60,751 nucleotides of DNA from a virus (lineage: Duplodnaviria > Caudoviricetes). Positions 25,110 to 34,996 of the stretch are shown in pieces (the first letter of the stretch is position 1; each line of letters opens with the position of its first letter). Both the position numbers and the translations under genes were made by a program. Under the pieces are notes generated by a model. That model saw only the letters and a program-made list of their open reading frames with translations, was not told the DNA's origin and searched no databases. The stretch lies in IMG/VR virus record IMGVR_UViG_3300047552_001108, positions 1-60,751 of that record; one strand, written 5' to 3'.

Positions 25110-26371
25110 TGCACATCGTCTACGAGCGGCCCTGGTTGTACCCCGCGCAGCAGAAGGCCATCTTCGACGCAGTCGACTACGCGGGGGAACTGGCCCGCTA
25201 CGCGATCATCGAGGCCTCGACGAAGGCCGGCAAGACCGTCGGCTGTATGGCGTGGCTGACCGAGCAGGCGTTCGTTCACGGCAAGCCGGGGCGCAACTAC
25301 TGGTGGGTGGCCCCGGTGTATCCCCAGGCCAAGATCGCGTTCCGGCGGATCAAGCGCGGCTTGCCGAAGGCCGTCTACGTCGCCAACGAGACCGAACTGA
25401 CCATCACCCTGGCGAACGGCTCGGTGATGTGGTTCAAGTCCGCCGAGAAGCCCGACAACCTCTACGGTGAGGACGTCTACGCCGCCGTGGTGGACGAGGC
25501 CAGCCGGTGCCGCGAGGACTCGTGGATCGCCGTGCGTTCGACGCTGACGGCCACCCGGGGCAAGGTCCGCATCATCGGGAACGTCAAGGGCCGCACCAAC
25601 TGGCACTACCAGATGGCCCGCAAGGCCGAGGCCGGCGCCCCAGGCATGGCCTACGCCAAGCTGACCGCCTACGACGCGGTGGCAGGCGGCGTGCTGGACG
25701 CCAAGGAGATCGAGGACGCCAAGAGCCTCCTGCCGGAGAAGGTGTTCCGCGAGTTGTACCTCGCCGAGCCATCCGACGACGAGGGCAACCCCTTTGGCCT
25801 GAAGTACATCGACGCCTGCCTGCAGCCGCTCTCCGACGGCGTGCCGGTCGCCATCGGCGTGGACCTCGCCAAGTCCACCGACTGGTGCGTGGTGGTCGCC
25901 CTGGACCGCGACGGGCGCGTCTGCGGCTTCGACCGATGGCAGGGGCCGTGGGAAACCACCGAGACTCGAATCCTCAATCTCATCGGCCGGTGCCCGAGTC
26001 TCATCGACTCCACGGGCGTCGGCGACCCCATCGTCGAGCGCCTGCAGAAAAAACGCCGGAATGTCACGGGTTACACTTTCTCATCGTCGAGCAAGCAGAA
26101 GCTCATGGAGGGGTTGGCGGTTGCCATCCAGACCGGCGCGGTTGGGTTCCCAGACGGCCCAATCAAGTCGGAACTGCAGTTGTTCGAGTACCAGTACACC
26201 CGCACGGGCGTGAAGTACTCGGCTCCTGACGGCTACCACGATGACTGCGTGATGGCCCTGGCCCTGGCAGTGGAGCAATACCGGCTGGTCAACCCGTTTG
26301 TGCGCAACGCGAAGCCCGGTGGCGGTTCACGCATCAGTCCGTGGCTTGGCGCGATGGCAGGAGATGAATGA
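25109..26371 (+). CDS. terL: Terminase large subunit
   Basis: ASTKAGKT (Walker A), WVAP.Y.QA, VVDEA (Walker B), GVDLAK..D, ID.TGVGD and HDDCV.ALALA. Confidence 0.93.
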   Translation: MHIVYERPWLYPAQQKAIFDAVDYAGELARYAIIEASTKAGKTVGCMAWLTEQAFVHGKPGRNYWWVAPVYPQAKIAFRRIKRGLPKAVYVANETELTITLANGSVMWFKSAEKPDNLYGEDVYAAVVDEASRCREDSWIAVRSTLTATRGKVRIIGNVKGRTNWHYQMARKAEAGAPGMAYAKLTAYDAVAGGVLDAKEIEDAKSLLPEKVFRELYLAEPSDDEGNPFGLKYIDACLQPLSDGVPVAIGVDLAKSTDWCVVVALDRDGRVCGFDRWQGPWETTETRILNLIGRCPSLIDSTGVGDPIVERLQKKRRNVTGYTFSSSSKQKLMEGLAVAIQTGAVGFPDGPIKSELQLFEYQYTRTGVKYSAPDGYHDDCVMALALAVEQYRLVNPFVRNAKPGGGSRISPWLGAMAGDE

Positions 26372-27693
26372 TGGCGGACAACGCCTACAAGCTGAAATTC
26401 GACCCGGCCGCCATCGGCCAAACCGGCCTCCGACAGTTCGGTGGCTACGTCGTCGACGAGTTCCTGAAGGAACTGCGAGGCATGAACGCCTCGCGCATCT
26501 ACCGCGAGATGAGCGACAACGACCCCATCGTCGGGGCCGTGACCTTCGCCATTTCGATGCTGGTGCGCCAAACCAAGTGGCGCGTGCAGGCCGCCGACGA
26601 ATCCGGCGAGGCCGATGAGGCCAAGGTGTTCGTCGAGCAGGTGATGGACGACATGAGCGTGCCGTGGTCTACCGTGATCACCGAGGCCTGCTCGATGTTC
26701 GTCTACGGTTTCGCGCCGATGGAGATCATCTGGAAGAAGCGCGGCGGCACCGATGCGCGGGACGGTTCGTCCCGTTCGCGCTTCGACGACGGTCGCATCG
26801 GCATCCGCAACATCAGCCTGCGTGCCCAGAACACCATCATCAAGTGGGAGTTCGACCCCGAGGACGGTTCCGTCATGGGCATGTGGCAGCAGCCCTGGTC
26901 CGGCTCGATGGTGATGATCCCCATCGAGAAGCTGCTGCTGTTCCGCACCACCGACGAGAAGAACAACCCCGAGGGCCGCAGCGTCCTGCGCAACGCCTAC
27001 CGGGCGTGGTTTTTCAAGAAGCGCATCGAGGAAATCGAGGGCATCGGCATCGAACGCGATCTGGCCGGCCTGCCCGTGGCTATGATCCCGGGCGAGTACT
27101 TCGACCCGTCCGCAGACGCGCAGCAGAAGCAGACCCTGGCCGCGTGGCAGCGCCTCGTCACCCAGGTGCGCCGCGACATGCAGGAGGGCATCCTCCTGCC
27201 GTCCGACCGCGACCAGTCCGGCAACCTGCTGTTCGACTTCAAGCTGCTGTCCACGGGCGGCAGCCGCACGTTCGACACCACCAAGGTCATCGACCGCTAC
27301 AACCGCGCCATCGCCACCTCGGTCCTGGCCGACTTCATCTTCCTGGGCCAGCAATCCGTCGGTTCCTTCGCGCTGTCGTCCGACAAAACCGCGCTGTTCG
27401 CCACCGCCATCGGGGCGTTCCAGCAGTCCATGGCCGACGTGTTCAACCGCCACCTGTTGCCCCGCCTGTGGGCGCTCAACGGCCTCGACCCGTTGGTGAT
27501 GCCGACGCTCGTTCCGGGCGATCTGGAGAAGCAGAACCTCAGTGAGGTGTCCACGTTCATCCAGTCTCTCACCGCAGCCGGCGCAATGATGTTCCCCGAC
27601 CGCGAACTCGAAAATCACCTGCGCGAACTCGCCGGCCTGCCGCTGGCGCCCGAGGATGGCCCGGAACTCACCGTGCCCGATGCGTCGGAGTGA
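26368..27693 (+). CDS. Portal protein (DUF935 / Mu gp29-like)
   Basis: Position after TerL; YGFAP.EI.W, NPEGRS.LR.AY..W.FK...E..GIERD..GLPV and GSFAL motifs. Confidence 0.88.
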   Translation: MMADNAYKLKFDPAAIGQTGLRQFGGYVVDEFLKELRGMNASRIYREMSDNDPIVGAVTFAISMLVRQTKWRVQAADESGEADEAKVFVEQVMDDMSVPWSTVITEACSMFVYGFAPMEIIWKKRGGTDARDGSSRSRFDDGRIGIRNISLRAQNTIIKWEFDPEDGSVMGMWQQPWSGSMVMIPIEKLLLFRTTDEKNNPEGRSVLRNAYRAWFFKKRIEEIEGIGIERDLAGLPVAMIPGEYFDPSADAQQKQTLAAWQRLVTQVRRDMQEGILLPSDRDQSGNLLFDFKLLSTGGSRTFDTTKVIDRYNRAIATSVLADFIFLGQQSVGSFALSSDKTALFATAIGAFQQSMADVFNRHLLPRLWALNGLDPLVMPTLVPGDLEKQNLSEVSTFIQSLTAAGAMMFPDRELENHLRELAGLPLAPEDGPELTVPDASE

Positions 27694-27733
27694 TCGCCGT
27701 CGATGAGAATCCACGCCAAGGAGTGAACCCACG

Positions 27734-28069
27734 ATGACCACCGAGCGGATTCGACTCGTTCAGGGCGACACCGGCCCGCAAATCCGAGTTTTGCTGACCG
27801 ATGAGACGAGCGGCGACCCCATCGACTTGACGGGGGCGACCGTGACGATGCATTTCCGCGCCACCGACACCACCACGGTGCTGTTCTCACGGCAGGCATA
27901 CCTCCCGAACCCTGGCGCAGGCGAGGCCGTGTTCCAGTTTCAGACGGGCGACCTCGACCAGCCCGAGGGCAGCTACGAGGCCGAGGTTGAGGTTCACAAC
28001 ACCTCCACCGGCTTTCGGCAGACGGTCTACGACCTGCTCAAGTTCAAGCTGCGGGCGGACTTTGCGTGA
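27734..28069 (+). CDS. Virion structural protein, BppU N-terminal-like
   Basis: QGDT.P.I...L.D..G.PIDLTGATV and G.YEAEVEV; AAGGAG RBS. Confidence 0.6.
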   Translation: MTTERIRLVQGDTGPQIRVLLTDETSGDPIDLTGATVTMHFRATDTTTVLFSRQAYLPNPGAGEAVFQFQTGDLDQPEGSYEAEVEVHNTSTGFRQTVYDLLKFKLRADFA

Positions 28070-29940
28070 AGCTGTCGGCCGCATGGTCCAAGATTCGGGC
28101 CGCCGTGTCGGCCACCACGATCAACGGCGCGGTCTCCGCGTCGACGATCAGCGCCAGCGTGCGCGCCTCGGTGATCGCGCTGGTCGCCCAGGTTGGCATC
28201 TTCCTCAAGTTCATCGAACGCCAGGACGCGGCAGCAGCGTCTGACCGTTTCGCGCACGAGTTCGGCAAGAACGCTGCTGACGCCGCTGCTGCTGTCGATA
28301 GGTTCGTGGCCGAATTCGGCCTGGGCAAGTTCGACCCGGCTTCCGTCACAGAAGCGCTGCGCATGGATCTGCAGCGTGCCCTGTCCGATGCCGGGTACAC
28401 CACCGACTCGGTGGCGAATGCGCTCGGAAAGGCTCTGGCGGACGGCGGCGCTGCTGCTGATGCGTTCGCAGGTGCCGTGGGCAAGGCGCTCGTTGACGCC
28501 GCCACGGTGCTGGACGCCCAGGCGCTGTCCGCCGGCAAGAGCCTGACGGACGCTGCCGCCCTCATCGATGCGGTGCGGGCCGACTTCGCCAAGTCCCTGT
28601 TCGATGCTGCTGGCCTGTCCGACCACGTTGCCCGCGACTACGGGCTGAACAAGGCCGACACGGGCCTCGTGGTGGATCGGCTGGCCCTGCACCTCACCAA
28701 GCCCGCCATGAGCGACGCTGGGGCCTTCGCCGACGTCCTGGCCGCCGACTTCTTCAAGGCTGCCACCGAGGTGGCGCTGTTGGAGGATCAGCAGCGCCGG
28801 GACTTCGCTAAGACCCTGGTCGATGTGATCGCTGTCACAGATGACGTCGACGGCGAGGCCTCGGTTCAAGACGACCAAGAGGTGTCATTCGTCAAGGTGA
28901 TGAGCAGCGTCTCCCGTATCGGGGACGCGCTGGACCGGCAGGTGGACTACCGGCGCAGTTTCAACGAGGCTCCCTTCGCCGACGACCGCGTGGTGTTCGA
29001 CGCCACCAAGGCCCTGGTGGACGCGGCGTTCACGGCCGACCAGCTGCAGGCCGACACCATCAAGACCCTGGTTGACGTCGCGGCGGCTCTCGACGCCCAC
29101 GCGCTGGCCCTGTCGCGCTTCCTGGCGGATGGGGCTGCCACCACCGACCAGCACCGCTTCGACACGGCCAAGGTCGCCCAGGATGCGGCCTCTATGGCCG
29201 ACGCCACCGCACGAGACACCGGGAAGGCTGCGGCTGACACTGCAGGGGTCGCCGAGGCTCGCAGCATCTCGTCCACCAAGCCCCAGGCTGACGCAGCCTC
29301 CGCGCAGGACAGCCACACGCTCACGCCGGGGAAGGTGCAGCAGGACTCAGCGTCCGCAGCCGACGACAGCACGCACGAGTTCGGCAAGAACCCGAGCGAA
29401 GCGCCCGTCGCGCACGACGCCACGGCCTTCGACCTCGCAACCTCGCGTGCCGACTATGCGTTCACCTTGGACCTCGCGGCGTTTTCCTTCAGCCGTCCTG
29501 CTGTGGATGCTGCGTCGGTCGGGGACCAGCCTGTGCGCTCTATTGGCCGAGCGCCAAGCGACCAAGCGGGGACCATCGATTTCGCCTTCCGCGACACGGG
29601 AAAGGCCCTGTTCGACACGCCAAGTGTCACCGACGCGATTGCGAGGTCGCTGTCCACCACGTTCTCATCTGCCGCCGCCATCGGCGACTCGATCTTCATC
29701 TTCCTTTCTTACGTCCGTGATGCGTCCGATCTTGCCCTCGTGATAGACGGCAAAATTCTCACGGTCGCCAAGGCCCTGCTTGACGCGGCACAAGTGGGCG
29801 ACTTCTCCACTCGCGCCGATGGCAAGGGTTTGTCTCACACGGCCTCGATTTCCGACGCGGGGTCGCTGCTGGCTCAGGGGTACACCTCTGATCCGTTCTA
29901 CTTTGCGGGCGACTTCGTCGGGGCGTCCAGAACCTTTTGA
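28066..29940 (+). CDS. Ala/Asp-rich repetitive virion protein (fibre/shaft-like)
   Basis: Many short repeats of type K.L.D.A...D. Confidence 0.7.
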   Translation: MKLSAAWSKIRAAVSATTINGAVSASTISASVRASVIALVAQVGIFLKFIERQDAAAASDRFAHEFGKNAADAAAAVDRFVAEFGLGKFDPASVTEALRMDLQRALSDAGYTTDSVANALGKALADGGAAADAFAGAVGKALVDAATVLDAQALSAGKSLTDAAALIDAVRADFAKSLFDAAGLSDHVARDYGLNKADTGLVVDRLALHLTKPAMSDAGAFADVLAADFFKAATEVALLEDQQRRDFAKTLVDVIAVTDDVDGEASVQDDQEVSFVKVMSSVSRIGDALDRQVDYRRSFNEAPFADDRVVFDATKALVDAAFTADQLQADTIKTLVDVAAALDAHALALSRFLADGAATTDQHRFDTAKVAQDAASMADATARDTGKAAADTAGVAEARSISSTKPQADAASAQDSHTLTPGKVQQDSASAADDSTHEFGKNPSEAPVAHDATAFDLATSRADYAFTLDLAAFSFSRPAVDAASVGDQPVRSIGRAPSDQAGTIDFAFRDTGKALFDTPSVTDAIARSLSTTFSSAAAIGDSIFIFLSYVRDASDLALVIDGKILTVAKALLDAAQVGDFSTRADGKGLSHTASISDAGSLLAQGYTSDPFYFAGDFVGASRTF

Positions 29941-29952
29941 GGAATCATCACC

Positions 29953-30411
29953 ATGATCAATGAAAACCTGAAGCTCCGTGGCGATGTGAACATCGTCCTG
30001 CGCGACAAGGACGGCAACGTCAAGGACGAGCGCGAAATCAAGAACCTCGTGGTCAACGCGGGGCTTGCCTACATCGCCAGCCGCATGGTCGGCACTGCCA
30101 AGGCGGTCATGTCTCACATGGGCCTGGGCGCAGGCACCACAGCGGCCGGAGCCGCTCAGACTGACCTCGTGTCGATGCTCGGCGCACGCGAAGCCCTGGA
30201 CTCCACCACCATCGCTGGCGTCAACAGCGCGAAGGTCGTGTACGTCTCCTCGTTCGAGGCCGGTGATGCCACGGGCGCCGTGACTGAGGCTGGCATTTTC
30301 AACGCTGCCGTCGGCGGCGACATGCTGTGCCGCACCGTGTTCGCGGTGGTCAACAAGGCAGCGGACGACACGATGACGGTCACTTGGACCATCACCCTCA
30401 ACGCAGCCTAA
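29953..30411 (+). CDS. Virion structural protein (fibre-attachment-like)
   Basis: NLVV.AG...IA.R, G.G.GTTAA...QT.L, TEAGIFNA..G.ML.R.VF and VTWT motifs. Confidence 0.7.
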   Translation: MINENLKLRGDVNIVLRDKDGNVKDEREIKNLVVNAGLAYIASRMVGTAKAVMSHMGLGAGTTAAGAAQTDLVSMLGAREALDSTTIAGVNSAKVVYVSSFEAGDATGAVTEAGIFNAAVGGDMLCRTVFAVVNKAADDTMTVTWTITLNAA

Positions 30412-30452
30412 TTCCAGGCCCAGCGGGGGCCGCATGACCTGAGAGACTGAGC

Positions 30453-33434
30453 ATGGCAACCATCATCACTCGCGCCGGCAAAGGCTCGCCGCTGACCAAC
30501 GCGGAAGTCGATGCCAACTTCAGCAACCTCAACACAGAGTTGGGGCAGAAGCTGGTCGCCAGTGCGAACCTCTCAGACATTGCGGACCCCGCTGAAGCCC
30601 GGACAAACCTGGGGCTGAACGAAGTTCTCGCGCAGTTCCTGCAGCTGACCGGCGGCACGCTGACTGGGAACCTCGCTTTCAGCGGCACCGGCCGGCGCAT
30701 CACCGGCGACTTCTCCAACGCCACCATTTCAAACCGTCTGCTGTTTCAGAGCAGCACCACCAACGGGCAGACCCTGGTGGCGGCCATCCCGAACGGTACG
30801 GCGGTCAACTCACAGTTCCAGGCGTACAACTCGTCTGACCCGAACAACTCGTCCATTGCCGCTCTGGTGGCGAGTGCATCTCAGGTGCGGATCGTCTCTG
30901 GCTTCGTCGGCACCGGCACGCTCAACCCGATCACGTTCATCTTCGGCAACACCGAGGCAGGGCGGTTTGCCACCAGTGGCAACTTCCTTCTTGGCACCAC
31001 GACCGACGATGGCGTCAACAAGCTGCAGATCACGGGCGGCGTGGCCCTGAATAGCGGCACCCCCAACGGCCTGCTGTTCCTCAACGGCAGCAAGGTGGTC
31101 AGCAGTGGGGCGGGGTTGACGTTTGATGGGGCGAATCTTGGCATTGGTGTCGCTCCTAGTCATGTTGTTGATGTTTTCTCCGCAAACAATGGCGTTGTTC
31201 AGGTGCGCGGTGGCCCCGCCGCAAACCAAGGCGGTGCGTTCTTTGTTCGCAATGCAGCCAATACCGCCACGTTTTTCGCAATAGGCGACCGAGCACGGAT
31301 ATTTGGAGGAACGCCAGATCAAACGGTTTCCATCTTCACTTCAGGTGCGCCTCTAACACTTGACATTGCAGGCGCTACGAAAGCCACCCTCGACATCACC
31401 GGTAACCTCTTTCTGGGGGCGACGCCGAGTGGTCATTTAGCTGCTGGCTACGGCGGCCCCATGTTCCAGGTTGGAGGGCGCGCTTCAGTATTGGGTAGCG
31501 CCACAACCTCTGCGTACACCAACAACGTGTACTACGCCGCTGGATTCTTTCGCTACATCGGAGACGATGAAGCGACGATGCTGGAGCAGCTTGACGGAGT
31601 ATTCAGATGGTACAGCGCGCCATCGGGTATTACAGGCCAGCCCATCGACTTCGGCGCCGTGAAGATGTCTCTCGACACCCTCGGCGCCCTCACCGTCCTC
31701 AAGGACGTCACCGCTCACGGAGTTACTGTGGGGCGGGGTGGTGGGGCGGTGGCTACCAATACGGCGCTGGGTGTGGGTGCGCTGTCCAACAACATCAGTG
31801 GCTCTCTTAACACTGCAATTGGCTCCAACATACCTGGGTTCTCTTATGCGCCACTGCAAATCAATACGACAGGTTTCGACAATACGGCAACCGGCTCTGG
31901 CGCATTAAGCTCTAACCAAACTGGAAACGAAAACAGCGCCTTTGGCGTGCTTTCATTGTTTCTTAACTCAAGCGGGTCGCAAAACACTGCGGTTGGGGAT
32001 CGTGCTCTCTACGCCAGCACAACCGCCTCAAAAAACACCGCTGTTGGCTATCTTGCGCTTTCGGCAAACAGCACATTCCCGGAGAACACGGCTGTTGGTC
32101 ATACAGCCATGCGACTAGCGAACGGAGGCATCTACCAATCTGCGCTTGGCGCTTACGCCGGATATTCACTGACCACCGGAACGGGTAACACTTTCTTGGG
32201 AGCGGCTACGGGCTACAGCTCGACAACGGGCTCCTTCAACACATTTGTCGGGGTAAGCCAGGGCTATTACGGCGCCGGGTATTACATCACCACCGGTTCC
32301 AAGAACACCATCCTCGGGGGCTTCAGCGGCAACCAAGGCGGTCTCGACATCCGCACCGCCAACAACTACATCGTGCTGTCGGATGGGGATGGGAACCCGA
32401 GGCTGATTGGCGATGGTGCGGGGAATTGGGGGGGTGGTGTTGTGCCAGCCGCTTGGAATACTGGCCTCCGCGCAATACAAGTCGGATATTCGGCGGCTGT
32501 CGATTCTCCAACTTCCGTGGCAAATACTCGTTGGAGCAACAACGCTTTTGTGGATGCCTCCGGTGCGTTCAAGTACATCAGAGATGGCGTTGCTCAGGTT
32601 TACGAGCAAACCGCATCTGGGCAGCATGTTTGGAGAACCGCTGCCCCGGGACTCGCAGGCGCTCTGATGTCGCCTACTCAGGCGATGACGCTGGATGCTG
32701 CGGGCTATTTGTTGGTTGGAGCAGCATCCTCATCCGGTGTAGGAGCGCATCGCCTCCAGGTCGGCTCGTCAGGCGTGACCGCTCAGTTTTTGCTGAAATG
32801 TGGTGGAGGGCACGCTGCGATTTATGCAAGCGGGCCTGATGTCTACCAGACGTGGGCGTCTGGTGGATTCCTTGCGTTCGGAGCCGCCCCGGCCGATGGG
32901 TCAACTTTTGCAGAGTTTGGCCGCTTCAGTCCGGGTGGGAGTCTTTTGATCGGAACGCCAAGTGGTGCGTTTACTGGTCGTGTCGTTGCACTTCAGACTA
33001 CTTCTGCAAGTGAGGTGTATACGGTCTGGAATTCAGCCACGACAGGCGATAACTCGCTTATTGGGTTTTACACGGATGGGGGTGTTGGGCGTGGCTCCGT
33101 CACTTACAACCGCGCAGGCGGTTTGGTTTCCTACAACACCACGTCCGACTACCGCAGCAAAGACATCCTCGGGCCAGTAGCCAACTCTGGCGAGGTTATC
33201 GACGCGCTTCGGGTCTATACCGGAAGGATGAAAGGCGCAACGCTTGAGCGCCCGATGCTGATTGCTCACGAAGCCCAGGCAGTGACGCCTTACGCCGTGA
33301 CGGGCGAGAAAGACGCTCTGACGGAGGACGGTGCACCTCTGTATCAGCAGATGGACCACCAAGCGCTCGTACCGCTGCTGATCGCCGAACTCCAATCCCT
33401 CCGCGCACGGGTAGCTGCGCTCGAACTTCACTGA
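30453..33434 (+). CDS. Fibre/spike protein with C-terminal intramolecular chaperone (peptidase S74-like)
   Basis: R..KGSPLT..E.D.NF N-terminus, NTAxG repeats, and C-terminal TSD.R.K...LIAHE.Q...P.AV...D...LVPLLI..LQ.L..RV..LE. Confidence 0.85.
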   Translation: MATIITRAGKGSPLTNAEVDANFSNLNTELGQKLVASANLSDIADPAEARTNLGLNEVLAQFLQLTGGTLTGNLAFSGTGRRITGDFSNATISNRLLFQSSTTNGQTLVAAIPNGTAVNSQFQAYNSSDPNNSSIAALVASASQVRIVSGFVGTGTLNPITFIFGNTEAGRFATSGNFLLGTTTDDGVNKLQITGGVALNSGTPNGLLFLNGSKVVSSGAGLTFDGANLGIGVAPSHVVDVFSANNGVVQVRGGPAANQGGAFFVRNAANTATFFAIGDRARIFGGTPDQTVSIFTSGAPLTLDIAGATKATLDITGNLFLGATPSGHLAAGYGGPMFQVGGRASVLGSATTSAYTNNVYYAAGFFRYIGDDEATMLEQLDGVFRWYSAPSGITGQPIDFGAVKMSLDTLGALTVLKDVTAHGVTVGRGGGAVATNTALGVGALSNNISGSLNTAIGSNIPGFSYAPLQINTTGFDNTATGSGALSSNQTGNENSAFGVLSLFLNSSGSQNTAVGDRALYASTTASKNTAVGYLALSANSTFPENTAVGHTAMRLANGGIYQSALGAYAGYSLTTGTGNTFLGAATGYSSTTGSFNTFVGVSQGYYGAGYYITTGSKNTILGGFSGNQGGLDIRTANNYIVLSDGDGNPRLIGDGAGNWGGGVVPAAWNTGLRAIQVGYSAAVDSPTSVANTRWSNNAFVDASGAFKYIRDGVAQVYEQTASGQHVWRTAAPGLAGALMSPTQAMTLDAAGYLLVGAASSSGVGAHRLQVGSSGVTAQFLLKCGGGHAAIYASGPDVYQTWASGGFLAFGAAPADGSTFAEFGRFSPGGSLLIGTPSGAFTGRVVALQTTSASEVYTVWNSATTGDNSLIGFYTDGGVGRGSVTYNRAGGLVSYNTTSDYRSKDILGPVANSGEVIDALRVYTGRMKGATLERPMLIAHEAQAVTPYAVTGEKDALTEDGAPLYQQMDHQALVPLLIAELQSLRARVAALELH

Positions 33435-33446
33435 TAGGAGCCTGAC

Positions 33447-33827
33447 ATGGCCGACTACAAAGAAACGACTGTGGAGGGCACGGCCTACGTCCGGTGCCCG
33501 CAATTCATTGGCTGGAACCCGTATGGCGGGACGCCCAGCATTTCCTTCGCCGAGGAACAGGTCATCAACCTGACGGGCGGGCAGACGATTCGCCAGCCGG
33601 CATCGGGCTTCACGGCCATGCTGACACCGGAGACGGCGACCAACGAGATCCCCATCCTTGACCCCACCACCGGTTTGCCCACCGGCACCTCGGTCACCTT
33701 TGCCCAGGTCTACGGGATCATGTACTCGGTCTACATCCAACTGGCGAAGGAGCGGGACGAGGCCGCTGCGGCACCCGCACCGGCTCCTGCACCCACCCCC
33801 GAGCCTGCCCCGGCCCCTGCCGCTTGA
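33447..33827 (+). CDS. Small fibre-associated protein, paralogue of 3338-3682
   Basis: AGGAG RBS; shared motifs with 3338-3682; PA-rich tail. Confidence 0.7.
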   Translation: MADYKETTVEGTAYVRCPQFIGWNPYGGTPSISFAEEQVINLTGGQTIRQPASGFTAMLTPETATNEIPILDPTTGLPTGTSVTFAQVYGIMYSVYIQLAKERDEAAAAPAPAPAPTPEPAPAPAA

Positions 33828-33835
33828 TGTAGTCC

Positions 33836-34081
33836 ATGCGGCGCCGCGTCTTGAACCTCCTGATCGCCCTGGACCAGTTCCTGTTCTGCTGGGTGTCGTT
33901 CGGTCACTACGACCCGGACGAGACCCTGAGCGCAGCATCTTGGCGGTGGGAACTGACCGGAGCACGGCGCTGGCCACGCAGGCTCATCGACTGGCTGTTC
34001 ACCCCCATCGAGGCCGACCACTGCCGCAAGTCGTGGGAGGCTGAACGCACCCGCAGGCAACTCCCGAGAGAGTACGCATGA
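33836..34081 (+). CDS. Hypothetical protein
   Basis: N.LIALDQ, PDETLS, IDWLF and DHC..S motifs common near phage fibre genes. Confidence 0.7.
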   Translation: MRRRVLNLLIALDQFLFCWVSFGHYDPDETLSAASWRWELTGARRWPRRLIDWLFTPIEADHCRKSWEAERTRRQLPREYA

Positions 34082-34398
34082 CCACCTTCGCGTGGCAGTT
34101 CGAGTCCCTGGATGTTTTCCCGACCTACCAAACCGTGACCAACGCGGTCGAAAGCATGCACTGGCGCCTGACTGCCGACGACGGCTTGGGGCACCAAGCC
34201 ACCGCGATAGGCGAGGCCAAGGCAGGCCCCGTCGACCTGCAGAACTTCATCCCGTTCGAGCAACTGACCCTCGCCGTGGTGCAGGGCTGGTGCGAAGACG
34301 CACTCGGGCCAGAGCTCGCCGAGGTGCAGGCGTGGCTGGTGGGCCAGATCGATCAGCAGGTGGCGCCTACCGTTGTGTCCATGGCGCCCCCTTGGTGA
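34078..34398 (+). CDS. Hypothetical fibre-associated protein
   Basis: F.W....LD, V...HW.L.A, FIPFEQLT...V.GW...ALG and PW terminus. Confidence 0.7.
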   Translation: MTTFAWQFESLDVFPTYQTVTNAVESMHWRLTADDGLGHQATAIGEAKAGPVDLQNFIPFEQLTLAVVQGWCEDALGPELAEVQAWLVGQIDQQVAPTVVSMAPPW

Positions 34399-34448
34399 TC
34401 GCGTCGCGCCAATAGAATCGCGGCAACCCAACCGACGACTGAACGCCA

Positions 34449-34787
34449 GTGCAACAGCCGGTCACACCATCAAGCGCCGAACCAAAAGCATGGGACGGAA
34501 TGGCAGAGCGCAGAGCGCCCAACCAGATCACCGCCATCGCCATCGAGCAGGCCGTTGCCCGTGGCATCCAGGCGGCCGTGTCTGACCCGGCCACATGGGA
34601 GGCAGCGGGAAAAGCGATGCGCACGCAGGCAGAGCAGTCTGCGGGGGGGTGGCTCCTGGCCGGTCTGCGTGCTGCGTTCAAGAAGCTGGCCTGGGTGGTG
34701 CTTGTGTGCGTGCTCGTCTACAACCTCGGGGGTCTGCCGGCGCTGACCGCGCTGATGAAGGGCCAGGGGTTCGGGAGCGCACCGTGA
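34449..34787 (+). CDS. Membrane protein (possible holin/antiholin)
   Basis: ERR motif and C-terminal TM segment; precedes the lysis genes. Start uncertain. Confidence 0.5.
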   Translation: MQQPVTPSSAEPKAWDGMAERRAPNQITAIAIEQAVARGIQAAVSDPATWEAAGKAMRTQAEQSAGGWLLAGLRAAFKKLAWVVLVCVLVYNLGGLPALTALMKGQGFGSAP

Positions 34788-34996
34788 AGCGCGTCCGCCT
34801 GTACGACAACTGGCGCGACATCCTCAAGCACGCCTGGAGTCTGAGGTTCATCGCCCTCGCGTTTGCTTTCACCGTGGCCGAAGTCGCGCTGCCGTTTTTC
34901 TCTGACGAGTTCCCGCCGCGCCTGTTCGGCGTCCTGTCCGGCCTGAGCGCGGCAGCGGCGTTCGTTTCGCGCCTCGTGGCGCAGAGGGACGTGTGA
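34784..34996 (+). CDS. Holin-like protein with two TM segments
   Basis: L..NWR.....AWS.R, two hydrophobic helices, RLVAQ end; immediately before the endolysin. Confidence 0.65.
   Translation: MKRVRLYDNWRDILKHAWSLRFIALAFAFTVAEVALPFFSDEFPPRLFGVLSGLSAAAAFVSRLVAQRDV

Noticed and set aside
30453-33434. Diversity-generating retroelement or invertible fibre cassette
   Set aside because: I saw no reverse transcriptase, no template/variable repeat pair, and no invertase or flanking inverted repeats.
34392-34418. Dedicated lysis promoter (TTGGTG...TAGAAT)
   Set aside because: Good -10 but only a 15-bp spacer to a weak -35; insufficient support.
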